A DNA stretch of 55,013 bases from an uncultured Anaerolineae bacterium (GTDB lineage Bacteria > Chloroflexota > Anaerolineae > SpSt-600). The notes under the pieces were generated by a model. The model worked only from the letters and a program-made list of their open reading frames with translations. It did not search any database and was not told where the DNA came from. The DNA is taken from positions 1 to 55,013 of the forward strand of contig CAZZMI010000004.1 in NCBI GenBank assembly GCA_964655275.1. Direction: 5' to 3'. Below, in pieces: positions 18,888 through 27,446 of the stretch (its first letter is position 1; the number at the start of each line of letters is the position of its first letter). The position numbers and the translations under genes were made by a program.

Positions 18888-19652
18888 TTAAGTGCCTATA
18901 ACGATCCCGCCATCAACCCTGAGCACAGCCCCGGTTATGTAGGAAGCTTCGTCAGAAGCCAGGAAGAGATAAGCATTGGCTACATCCCGGGGGTCGCCCA
19001 AACGCCCAAGGGGTATGCGGGATTTCATCTGCTCCAGGATTTTCTCCGGCATCTGCCGGACCATATCAGTGAGGATGAACCCCGGAGCGACGGCATTAAC
19101 ACGGATATTGTATCTTGCCAGTTCCCTGGCCCACACTTTGGTCATCCCGATGACGCCAGCCTTGGAAGCCACGTAATTTGTCTGGCCGAAGTTCCCGTCT
19201 ATCCCCACTACTGAAGAAGCGTTGAGGATAACTCCACCCCCCTGGCGTATCATGTAGGGCACAACGGCCTGAGTGCAGTTAAATACCCCTTTAAGGTTGA
19301 CGGCGATTACTAAATCAAAGTCTTCTTCTGACATCTGGCTTACTACCTGCCCATCTTTGTATTTAACCAGCAAGGCATCTCGGAGGATTCCAGCATTGTT
19401 CACAAGAATGTCAATACGGCCGTAGCGGGCAGCCACATCATCCACCCAGGCCTGGACAGCTTTCCTGTTAGTGACGTCAACCTTATAGAATCGGGATTCA
19501 TCCCCGAGCTCAATAGCTGTTCGGCGGCCTGCTTCCTCGTTAACATCGCAGATAATAACGATGGCTCCTTCTTCAGCGAAACGGAAAGCAGTGGCTTGCC
19601 CTATGCCTGCAGCTCCACCGGTAATTAAAGCGACGCGGTCTTTAAGCCTCAT
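18888..19652 (-). CDS. fabG: 3-oxoacyl-(ACP/CoA) reductase, SDR family (FabG/PhaB-like)
   Basis: TGGAAGIG, NNAGILRD, GNFGQTNYVASKAG, VNAVAPGFI. Confidence 0.85.
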   Translation of the reverse strand: MRLKDRVALITGGAAGIGQATAFRFAEEGAIVIICDVNEEAGRRTAIELGDESRFYKVDVTNRKAVQAWVDDVAARYGRIDILVNNAGILRDALLVKYKDGQVVSQMSEEDFDLVIAVNLKGVFNCTQAVVPYMIRQGGGVILNASSVVGIDGNFGQTNYVASKAGVIGMTKVWARELARYNIRVNAVAPGFILTDMVRQMPEKILEQMKSRIPLGRLGDPRDVANAYLFLASDEASYITGAVLRVDGGIVIGT

Positions 19653-19684
19653 AACTTTCCCCCCTGATTCTTGCCTTGAAATAA

Positions 19685-19727
19685 AGTATAGCGCGCAGTG
19701 GTTACAAAAAAGTTACAATGGAGTTAC
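19685..19727 (-). promoter_or_regulatory. Probable activator-dependent promoter of the acyl-CoA cluster with three GTTAC direct repeats
   Basis: -10 TATACT at 19690-19685, no recognisable -35, GTTAC at 19701, 19712 and 19723 (11-bp period). Confidence 0.5.
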
Positions 19728-19776
19728 TCAGGCCTCGTGCACAGTTTGCCCCTCCTAAAATGCTCATTTAGATAAT

Positions 19777-19805
19777 TTGACAAGCTGGGTCCTTACGTTT
19801 ACAAT
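19777..19805 (+). promoter_or_regulatory. Sigma70-type promoter of the BMP ABC operon
   Basis: TTGACA-17 bp-TACAAT. Confidence 0.75.
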
Positions 19806-19835
19806 AGGATTGAAAACCTCTTAAGGAGGAGGCTT

Positions 19836-21116
19836 ATGAGCAGGAAGCTTTACATCCTCTTTGCCCTGCTTACGGTAATAGCTTTAGCCGTGGCAGGGTG
19901 CAAGCCAACCCCCACCCCTAAGCCTAAGATCAAAATAGCTGTTGTTTCCGACATCGGAGGAAGGGGTGACCTGAGCTTCAACGACATGGCCTTTAAGGGT
20001 GGGGACGAAGCTGAAAAAGATTTCGGCGTAGAAATGGTTGAACTCATAAGCAAAGTGGAAGCTGACTACGTCCCCAACCTGACTACCGCCGCTAAGGACC
20101 CCGATGTCAAACTAATTGTAGGGGTTGGCTTCCTTTTGAGCGACGCCCTGGCCGAAGTAGCCCAGAAATACCCGGATAAGAACTTCGTGGGTATTGACAC
20201 TTACGCCCAGTCCATCATCAAAGAGAAATTCCCCGATAAATATCCTCTCCCCAACCTTATGGACATTGTCTACGAGGAGCACAAAGGGAGCGCCATAGTA
20301 GGAGCCCTTGGTGCTCTTCTGGCCGCTGCCTACGATAAGCCTCACATCGGTGCCGTTCTCGGGATCGAGATCCCAGTCCTCTGGAAGTTTGAAATCGGTT
20401 ACAAGTGGGGTGCCCGCTGGGCTACTGAGTGGCTGAAGAAGAATGTGCCCAACGAGGCCTTTGACTACACCAAGGACTTCGTCCTCTGGACTTATACCGG
20501 TACTTTCAGCGATATCACCAAGGGCTACGAAGCAGCTAAGGCCATGTATGCCAAGGATGCCGTAGCCGTATATAACATCGCTGGTCCTCTGGGGCTGGGC
20601 ATAAACCAGGCCGTATCCGAAATTGCTGAAGCCCAGAAGCTTGAATATGGTCCGCCCTTCTGGATCGGCGTGGACGCCAACCAGGACTGGATCAACCCCG
20701 GATTTGTCATCGCCAGCATGATGAAGAGGGTTGACAAAGGCGTATACTATGCCACAAAGCTGGTGGTGGATGGCAAGTTCCGGGACATCGTCAAGGAAAA
20801 CAAAGGCGTCCTCGTCCTGGGCGTGGGCACCAAAGTAGCCGGCGAGCTTATGGAAGGAATCTCCGTGAGCACCCTGGCTGACCTTGATGAGTTCATCCAG
20901 ATGGGAGTCAACGCTGAGAAGCTCACCGGCAAGAAGGTCCTCCCCATGGAGCCTGAAAAGATCCGTGAGAAGGTCAAGAAGATGAGGGACAGCCAGCCCG
21001 AGTGGGTATGGCGCGCCATCAAAGAGCTTGAGGAGCAGATCCGCACCGGAGCTGTTGAAGTCCCGGCCGTCACCACTGACGAGCTCATCAAGAAGTGGCG
21101 CGACGAGCTCGGGTAG
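19836..21116 (+). CDS. BMP family ABC substrate-binding lipoprotein (probably nucleosides)
   Basis: Lipobox VAGC, GGRGDLSFND, IGVDANQD, SMMKRVD; AAGGAGG RBS. Confidence 0.9.
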   Translation: MSRKLYILFALLTVIALAVAGCKPTPTPKPKIKIAVVSDIGGRGDLSFNDMAFKGGDEAEKDFGVEMVELISKVEADYVPNLTTAAKDPDVKLIVGVGFLLSDALAEVAQKYPDKNFVGIDTYAQSIIKEKFPDKYPLPNLMDIVYEEHKGSAIVGALGALLAAAYDKPHIGAVLGIEIPVLWKFEIGYKWGARWATEWLKKNVPNEAFDYTKDFVLWTYTGTFSDITKGYEAAKAMYAKDAVAVYNIAGPLGLGINQAVSEIAEAQKLEYGPPFWIGVDANQDWINPGFVIASMMKRVDKGVYYATKLVVDGKFRDIVKENKGVLVLGVGTKVAGELMEGISVSTLADLDEFIQMGVNAEKLTGKKVLPMEPEKIREKVKKMRDSQPEWVWRAIKELEEQIRTGAVEVPAVTTDELIKKWRDELG

Positions 21117-21124
21117 TATTCGGA

Positions 21125-21199
21125 AGGGGAGGGGGAGTTGCCCCCTCCCCTCTCTTAAATTCACCCGAAAATATGAAAAGCAAGCGTTAGCTTGTTTTT
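21125..21199 (+). terminator. Stem-loop plus weak intrinsic terminator between the BMP and ATPase genes
   Basis: aggggaggggg/ccccctcccct hairpin (21125-21151) and aaaagcaagc-gtta-gcttgttttt (21176-21199) followed by T-rich sequence. Confidence 0.6.
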
Positions 21200-21226
21200 A
21201 TTTTTAAATCCGAGGAGGACGAGAGC

Positions 21227-22756
21227 ATGAGCTCCAAACCTCTGATTGAGATGAAGTCCATCCACAAGGTCTATCCTGATGGAACGGTGGCTCTGAGGGG
21301 CGTGGATTTTGAGCTCTATAGAGGGGAAGTAGTGGGCCTTCTTGGGGAGAACGGGGCAGGAAAAACAACTCTCATGAAAATCCTCTCAGGCCTCCTTCCC
21401 CCGACCTCCGGAGAAATTTATTACGACGGACGCAAAGTCCATTTCCGTAACCCTTCTGATGCCCTTAAACTTGGAATAGGCATGGTCCACCAATACTTTG
21501 CTCTGGTACCGCCCTTCACAGCTCTGGAGAACATCCTCCTGGGCCAGGAGAAGGCAGGACGATTATCCCCACCGGACCTGAAAAGAGCAAGGGAAAGGAT
21601 CCAGGCCCTCATGGAAGAGACAGGGCTCACAGTCCCCCTTGATACTCCTATAGAGCTATTGTCGGCCGGTGTTCAACAGAGGGTGGAAATCCTTAAGGTC
21701 CTCTATAGGGGAACCGAGGTTCTTATCCTGGATGAGCCTACATCTTACCTTACCCCATTGGAAGTTGAGGAACTTTTCAAAATTATGCGCAACCTCAAAG
21801 CACAGGGTAAGGCAATAGTTTTCATTACCCATAAGCTACGGGAAGTAATGGAAATAAGCGACCGGATTCAGGTGCTCAGGAATGGGGTGGTGACGGGAAA
21901 ATTGCCCACTTCCGAGGCTACTTTTGAGAAATTGGCAATTATGATGGTGGGGAAAGAAGTAATCCCTCAGGCTGTCCGCTCCGAGGCTGAACCAGGAGAG
22001 CCCATATTGAAGGTCAAAGATCTTTACGTGATGAGCGATTTCGGAACTATGGCGGTGAAGGGGGTCTCCTTTGAAGTAAGGGCGGGTGAAATCTTTGGGA
22101 TAGCAGGAGTTGAAGGAAACGGTCAGAGCGAGTTGGTTCAGGCTATAACCGGGCTTAGGCGACCTCTAAAAGGGGAGATATGGATTAAGGATCACAATGT
22201 TACAGCCTTAGGCCCCCGCCAACTTTACGCCCTGGGCTTATCCCACATCCCTGAAGATAAAAGCAAATTTGGCCTTGCCATGAACTTTGACCTGGCCGAA
22301 AACAGCATATTGAGCAGACAGTGGGAACCCCAGTTTGCAGGAGCCTTTGGCCGATTGAACTGGGATAACATTTTGAAATTCGCAGATCGCCTGGTTAAAT
22401 CCTTTAACGTGGTAGCTCCTGGCTTAAGAACCCCTGTGAGGAGCCTGAGCGGAGGAAATCAGCAGAGACTTTTAGTGGGCAGGGAGCTTTCCAAAGAACC
22501 TTCCCTCATAGTGGCTGCTCACCCTACCCGTGGTTTGGATATAGCCTCAACGGTGTATATAAGGGAACTTCTCATTAAGATGCGGGATGCCGGAAAGGCA
22601 GTGCTTCTGGTTTCGGCTGATTTGGACGAAATCCTCGAGCTTAGTGACAGGATTGCAGTAATGTATGAAGGCGAGTTCTTGGGAGAGGGGAAGATCGGGC
22701 AGTTTGCAAGGGAAGAGATAGGTATGATGATGGGTGGTGTGAAGCTTAAAAAATAA
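21227..22756 (+). CDS. Nucleoside/sugar ABC transporter ATP-binding protein (two NBDs)
   Basis: [39 protein letters not shown]. Confidence 0.92.
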   Translation: MSSKPLIEMKSIHKVYPDGTVALRGVDFELYRGEVVGLLGENGAGKTTLMKILSGLLPPTSGEIYYDGRKVHFRNPSDALKLGIGMVHQYFALVPPFTALENILLGQEKAGRLSPPDLKRARERIQALMEETGLTVPLDTPIELLSAGVQQRVEILKVLYRGTEVLILDEPTSYLTPLEVEELFKIMRNLKAQGKAIVFITHKLREVMEISDRIQVLRNGVVTGKLPTSEATFEKLAIMMVGKEVIPQAVRSEAEPGEPILKVKDLYVMSDFGTMAVKGVSFEVRAGEIFGIAGVEGNGQSELVQAITGLRRPLKGEIWIKDHNVTALGPRQLYALGLSHIPEDKSKFGLAMNFDLAENSILSRQWEPQFAGAFGRLNWDNILKFADRLVKSFNVVAPGLRTPVRSLSGGNQQRLLVGRELSKEPSLIVAAHPTRGLDIASTVYIRELLIKMRDAGKAVLLVSADLDEILELSDRIAVMYEGEFLGEGKIGQFAREEIGMMMGGVKLKK

Positions 22757-22770
22757 GCAGGAGGTAAACA

Positions 22771-23811
22771 ATGAAGCTGCTCCAGGGGCTTCGCCCTATC
22801 CTTGAATCCCTCCTGGCCGTAATTCTTGGACTCCTTGCAGGTTCAATTTTGATGATGTTTTTCAAATATCAGCCAGCAGAAGCTTACATTGCTCTTTTTA
22901 AAGGCTCCTTTGGCACTTTAGGGGATATTCTGGAAACCCTGGCCTTTGCGGTGCCTATAATGCTTACGGCTATAACCTTTGCTCTGGGAGTTCGCGCGGG
23001 CCTTTTTAACATAGGGGCTGAAGGCCAGATGTACCTTGGGGCTATCGGAGCAGTGGCTGTGGCAGGCCTTTTACACCTTCCCCCAGTGCTCCACGTCCTG
23101 GCTGCAACTCTGGCGGGTATGATTGCGGGAGCTCTCTGGTCTCTTATACCTGCTCTCCTTAAAGTTTGGCGCGGGGTCCATGAAGTCATCTCCACCATAA
23201 TGTTCAACTGGATAGCTTATCATTTTTCCATTTACCTGGCTATTTACTTCCTTGCCCAGCCTGGAAGAGCTGAACGCACAGTCCCTGCTCTCCCCACGGC
23301 CAGGTATCCTGTTCTTATGGAGGGTTCAACCCTTACGGCTGCAATTTTTGCAGCACTGGTTTTTTGCCTTTTTATTTACTTTTACCTCTGGGGGACCAGG
23401 TCCGGTTATGAGCTGAGGCTTGTGGGGGAAAACCCCCACGCCGCCCGCTATGCTGGGGCTTCGGCTAAGAAAGTGATCATGATAAGCTTCATTTTGGGAG
23501 GGATGGCAGCAGGGCTTGCTGGAGCGAGCCAGATAATCGGAAGGCCACCCGCTTGGTCCCTCTACGCCACTTTGGGAAATGTTTATGGGTTGGGATTTGA
23601 CGGGATAGGGGTGGCTTTGATAGGGCGCAATCATCCCTTAGGGGGCATCCTGGCTGCTATCCTTTACGGTGCCCTCCAGCATGGGGGCCGCTACATGGAG
23701 TATCAGGCTGGCGTAGATTCGGAAATGGTCAGGGCCATAAACGGCATAATAATAGTGGCCCTTTCTATCCCAGAACTCTGGGCTATCATCAAAAGGAGAA
23801 TTAAGCGATGA
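22771..23811 (+). CDS. Nucleoside ABC transporter permease
   Basis: GLFNIGAEGQ, HEVISTIMFN, GFDGIGVALIGRNHPLG. Confidence 0.9.
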   Translation: MKLLQGLRPILESLLAVILGLLAGSILMMFFKYQPAEAYIALFKGSFGTLGDILETLAFAVPIMLTAITFALGVRAGLFNIGAEGQMYLGAIGAVAVAGLLHLPPVLHVLAATLAGMIAGALWSLIPALLKVWRGVHEVISTIMFNWIAYHFSIYLAIYFLAQPGRAERTVPALPTARYPVLMEGSTLTAAIFAALVFCLFIYFYLWGTRSGYELRLVGENPHAARYAGASAKKVIMISFILGGMAAGLAGASQIIGRPPAWSLYATLGNVYGLGFDGIGVALIGRNHPLGGILAAILYGALQHGGRYMEYQAGVDSEMVRAINGIIIVALSIPELWAIIKRRIKR

Positions 23812-24785
23812 ACCAGCAGAGAATTTTCTGGATAATCGCTATAGTGTTAATAAGTTTGCTGGCCTTCTACGGGATAGAAATCGCTGGTCTTAAGCCTCTC
23901 TCCATCCTGGAGGCCACTTTCCTGGCCATGACCCCACTGGTCTTGGCGGCCGTTGGGGAATGCATAAACGAAAAAGCAGGCGTGATCAACATAGGTTTGG
24001 AAGGGATATTGCTCATAACTTCGGTCCTAGGGGTTTATGGAGCCGAGATTTTCGGAAACGGTTGGGGAGGATTGTTTCTCGGTATGGTGGTGGGAGCCAT
24101 CATTGGCCTCTCCTTGGGCCTCATAAGTGTATATGCCAGGGCAGCCCAGGTAGTAGCCGGCATGGGTATTAATATCTTTGCCCTCGGGTTCGTCCCCTTC
24201 TTGCTCAGGGCTATCTGGGCTTTCCCAGGTATTCACCTCTTCCCACGTACTCTCATGGTCCAGCCCCTTTATACCTTTATAGGTAGGATAAGCCCTGTAA
24301 CAATCATAGCCGTAGCTTTGGCTATCTTGGGTCACATCCTCCTTCACCGGACCGTCCTGGGTTTCAGGATAAAGGCTTGTGGAGAGAGGCCAGAAGCAGC
24401 GGATGTGGCAGGAATAAGGGTTGACCTTATAAGGCTGTTTACTGCTACTTTAGGTGGAGCTCTCTGTGGGCTGGGAGGAGCCTTTATGCCCCTCTGCTGG
24501 TTCGGAGGAGTTGTGAAGGAGATCTCTGCAGGGCGAGGGTTCATAGCGCTGGCTTGCGTAGTTTTTGCAGGGCTTGAACCTCTACTGGCTTTAGCAGCAG
24601 CTTTTATATTTGGCTTCGCCGAAGGTTTTGCTTACGCTGTAGCTATTACCCCGGGCGTCAAAGAGATTATCCCCTTCTATTTCGTGCACATGATACCATA
24701 TATAACCACACTGCTGGTAGTAACCATAGCTATAGGCCAGAGAAGGTTCCCAGCAGCTTCAGGCCTGCCTTACAGGAGGGAGTAA
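23808..24785 (+). CDS. Nucleoside ABC transporter permease
   Basis: EKAGVINIGLEG, GERPEAAD, AGRGFIALA, GLPYRRE. Confidence 0.9.
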   Translation: MNQQRIFWIIAIVLISLLAFYGIEIAGLKPLSILEATFLAMTPLVLAAVGECINEKAGVINIGLEGILLITSVLGVYGAEIFGNGWGGLFLGMVVGAIIGLSLGLISVYARAAQVVAGMGINIFALGFVPFLLRAIWAFPGIHLFPRTLMVQPLYTFIGRISPVTIIAVALAILGHILLHRTVLGFRIKACGERPEAADVAGIRVDLIRLFTATLGGALCGLGGAFMPLCWFGGVVKEISAGRGFIALACVVFAGLEPLLALAAAFIFGFAEGFAYAVAITPGVKEIIPFYFVHMIPYITTLLVVTIAIGQRRFPAASGLPYRRE

Positions 24786-24789
24786 TCTT

Positions 24790-25701
24790 ATGAGCACAAT
24801 ACTTGGGTTAGTGGGCTCTGCAAGGCCCTGGGGGAACTGTGAGGTCCTGGTAAGGGAAGCATTAGCAGCAGCTCAGGAGTTAGGTTCTTCTGTGGAAATC
24901 CTCAGGGTGAGCGACCTCCACATCCAGCCCTGCACAGGCTGTATGCGGTGTGCTTTCCGGGGTGAAGATTGTCCGATAGAGGACGATATGAAATTTTTCC
25001 TGGAAACGGTGCTTCAGGTTGATGGTCTTATCCTGGCTGCCCCTACTTATTTCCTGAACATTCCCGGCCCCCTTAAAAGTGTGTTTGACCGCCTCCTAAT
25101 GCTTTCCCCCAGGTGGGATGTCCGGAAGGATGAAGACCTGAAGAGCGGCGGAGCCATAGTGGTGGCAGGTCTTTCACCATGGCGAGGTGTGGCAAGGCCC
25201 TTTTTAAATGCTTTCCTGTATGCCTTGGGATTTGTGCCGGTTGAGAGCATTGCGGTCTTTTCCCCTGGCCCAGGTGAGAGTCTTTTGGACGATAAAATCG
25301 TGAGTGAAGTTCGGGAGCTTGGCCGCAGGGTGGCAAAAGGGGAGAAAAGGACTTTTTTGCCAGAGGGTAACCGGTGCCCCGTTTGCGATTCCGATTTCTT
25401 CCGCCTGGATGGGAGCGAAGCTGAGTGCCCGATCTGCGGCACAAAAGCCCGCGTTACGCTGGAAAATGGTAACATAAAGCTTGATTTCTCCAGTGGTATA
25501 TCAGATCGCTGGACTTCAGAGGGGCTTCGGAAGCATTTGAACGAATGGATAAGGGAGACAGGGGTCAGATTCATGGCTATAAGGCATCAGGTTAAAGAAC
25601 GCCGTCAATCTATGGCAGGCGGGGAGATTCCATGGATTAAGCCCCCTGAAAGGAGGCAGGGCAATGTCGGGGGCGAAGAGGGGGCTGGGAAAGGGCCTTG
25701 A
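24790..25701 (+). CDS. Iron-sulfur flavoprotein / NADPH-dependent FMN reductase family protein with C-terminal Zn-ribbon-like domain
   Basis: GSARPWGN, CTGCMRC-x6-C, AAPTYF, CPVC...CPICG. Confidence 0.8.
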   Translation: MSTILGLVGSARPWGNCEVLVREALAAAQELGSSVEILRVSDLHIQPCTGCMRCAFRGEDCPIEDDMKFFLETVLQVDGLILAAPTYFLNIPGPLKSVFDRLLMLSPRWDVRKDEDLKSGGAIVVAGLSPWRGVARPFLNAFLYALGFVPVESIAVFSPGPGESLLDDKIVSEVRELGRRVAKGEKRTFLPEGNRCPVCDSDFFRLDGSEAECPICGTKARVTLENGNIKLDFSSGISDRWTSEGLRKHLNEWIRETGVRFMAIRHQVKERRQSMAGGEIPWIKPPERRQGNVGGEEGAGKGP

Positions 25702-26530
25702 AGCCCTAATCCCTTCCCTTGGTCTGGAAGAGAGCGGAGCTATAAAGGAGGTAGCAGTTGATGAAATCATCCCTAACCCCTATCAGCCCAGGCGCAACCT
25801 TAATCAAGAGGAACTGGAAGAGCTTGCTCAGTCCATAAAAGAACATGGCCTTATCCAACCTCTCATTGTTAAAAGGGATGAAGAAAGCGGCAAGTATCAG
25901 CTTATAGCGGGAGAGAGGCGCTGGCGCGCAGCCAAGATGGCAGGCCTTAACACTGTCCCTGTTATTGTAAAAGAAGTAAGCCCAAGGCAGATGCTGGAGC
26001 TGGCTCTGGTAGAGAACCTCCAAAGGGCTGACCTCAACCCGCTGGAAGAAGCCGAAGCCTACAGGTTCTTGATAGAAGAATTCGGTCTGACTCAGGAAGA
26101 AGTAGCTAAGAGGGTAGGTAAAAGCAGGGCTGCTGTAGCCAATACCCTCAGGCTCCTTCGGCTCCCGTCGGAAGCAAAAAAAGCCCTTATTGAGGGGTTT
26201 ATTTCCGAAGGTCACGCTCGAGCCCTCCTCGCTCTCCCTTCCCCGGAACTTCAGATCAAAGCTTTAGAAAAAATCATAAAGCGAGGCCTTAATGTCCGCC
26301 AGACGGAGGAACTTGTAAAGAAGCTTCAGGAAGCCAAACCCCAATTTAGTAAAGAAAGCGCACCCGAAATCAGAGAATTGGAAGAGAAGCTCATGGAAAA
26401 TTTGGGGACCAGGGTCCGGCTCCTTAAGGGACGGAAGGGCGGCAAGCTCATTATTTTCTTTTACTCTGACGAAGACCTGAGGTTTATTTACGAGCGCATT
26501 GTGGGGGTGAGCGGTCATGCACGCGATTGA
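25664..26530 (+). CDS. parB: ParB/Spo0J chromosome partitioning protein
   Basis: RGLGKGLEALI, PNPYQPR, IAGERRWRA, ENLQRADLNPLEEA, GKSRAAVANTLRLL. Confidence 0.95.
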   Translation: MSGAKRGLGKGLEALIPSLGLEESGAIKEVAVDEIIPNPYQPRRNLNQEELEELAQSIKEHGLIQPLIVKRDEESGKYQLIAGERRWRAAKMAGLNTVPVIVKEVSPRQMLELALVENLQRADLNPLEEAEAYRFLIEEFGLTQEEVAKRVGKSRAAVANTLRLLRLPSEAKKALIEGFISEGHARALLALPSPELQIKALEKIIKRGLNVRQTEELVKKLQEAKPQFSKESAPEIRELEEKLMENLGTRVRLLKGRKGGKLIIFFYSDEDLRFIYERIVGVSGHARD

Positions 26531-27155
26531 AGAGCAGATCGTGCTTTTACTCCAGCAGCTTTTCCAGACCATTGGATGGACCGGGGTAATAATAGCAATG
26601 GCTATAGAAAGCGCTTGCATTCCTCTTCCCAGTGAGATTGTGATGCCTCTTGCGGGATGGATGTTAGTGCAAGCTCAGGGTTTCTCGCCCTGGCACACTG
26701 CCTGGGCTGGCTTTATGGGTGCTCTGGGTTGTACCATAGGCTCCATCTTCACCTACTGGTTTGGAGCTAAAGGTGGAAGGCCTTTATTGCTGCGTTACGG
26801 CAAATACATCCTTATATCCAAGCATGATATTTACATGGCTGACAGGTGGTTTGAAAGGTATGGTGAGTCCACAGCCTTTTTCTCCAGGCTTATGCCCATA
26901 GTCCGCACTTTCATCTCCCTTCCGGCGGGTGTAGCCCGGATGAATTTTCCCCGCTTTGTGATCCTTACCTTTATCGGTTCTTTCCTCTGGTGCTGGGTCC
27001 TGGCTTTCGCTGGTTACCTTTTCGGAGAGCACTGGAGGGAAGTCAGGGAAATAATGCGCCCATTTGATATACCCATAGCTATAGCCCTACTGGCTCTGGT
27101 AGCATGGTATATCTACCGCCACATAAAGCGTTATAACGAACTGGAAAAGGAGTAA
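26517..27155 (+). CDS. DedA family membrane protein
   Basis: ESACIPLPSE, RLMPIVRTFISLPAG. Confidence 0.92.
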   Translation: MHAIEEQIVLLLQQLFQTIGWTGVIIAMAIESACIPLPSEIVMPLAGWMLVQAQGFSPWHTAWAGFMGALGCTIGSIFTYWFGAKGGRPLLLRYGKYILISKHDIYMADRWFERYGESTAFFSRLMPIVRTFISLPAGVARMNFPRFVILTFIGSFLWCWVLAFAGYLFGEHWREVREIMRPFDIPIAIALLALVAWYIYRHIKRYNELEKE

Positions 27156-27334
27156 AATACCAGCAGTGCTCCTCCTGACGCAGGCAGCCCACCTCGTTAC
27201 CAGTCCCAGAACTGTTCTTATCCGGCCCCGGAAAAAGGTATAGGCCAGCGCTTGTGAAGAATCCACTATTCTAAAGGCAACTGCTTCCTCATTGGGCCCT
27301 CTATTAGTTTTATAGCCAAATCTGGCTTTGGAAA

Positions 27335-27387
27335 TTGACACCAAGCCATTTTTGGAGTATAATGTTTGTGAAAAAAAGTACAAACAT
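27335..27387 (+). promoter_or_regulatory. Consensus promoter of focA with overlapping palindromic operator (Rex-like)
   Basis: TTGACA(27335)-17 bp-TATAAT(27358); inverted repeat atgtttgt-N10-acaaacat at 27362-27387. Confidence 0.7.
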
Positions 27388-27446
27388 GGCGAGAGGTTTT
27401 CTGACCGTTAAGCAAAGCAAACAAACCTTAATATTAGGAGGACGCC

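Noticed and set aside
20112-21164. 350-aa antisense ORF over the BMP gene (likewise 8204-9094, 9156-10031, 36028-36609, 37087-37647)
   Set aside because: Shadow ORFs expected from biased codon usage of the sense genes; no recognisable motifs.
27087-27383. 98-aa minus-strand ORF or ncRNA in the dedA-focA gap
   Set aside because: It overlaps the focA promoter and the dedA end, with no motif, and no stable structured RNA was evident. The roughly 180 nt remain unexplained but unsupported.
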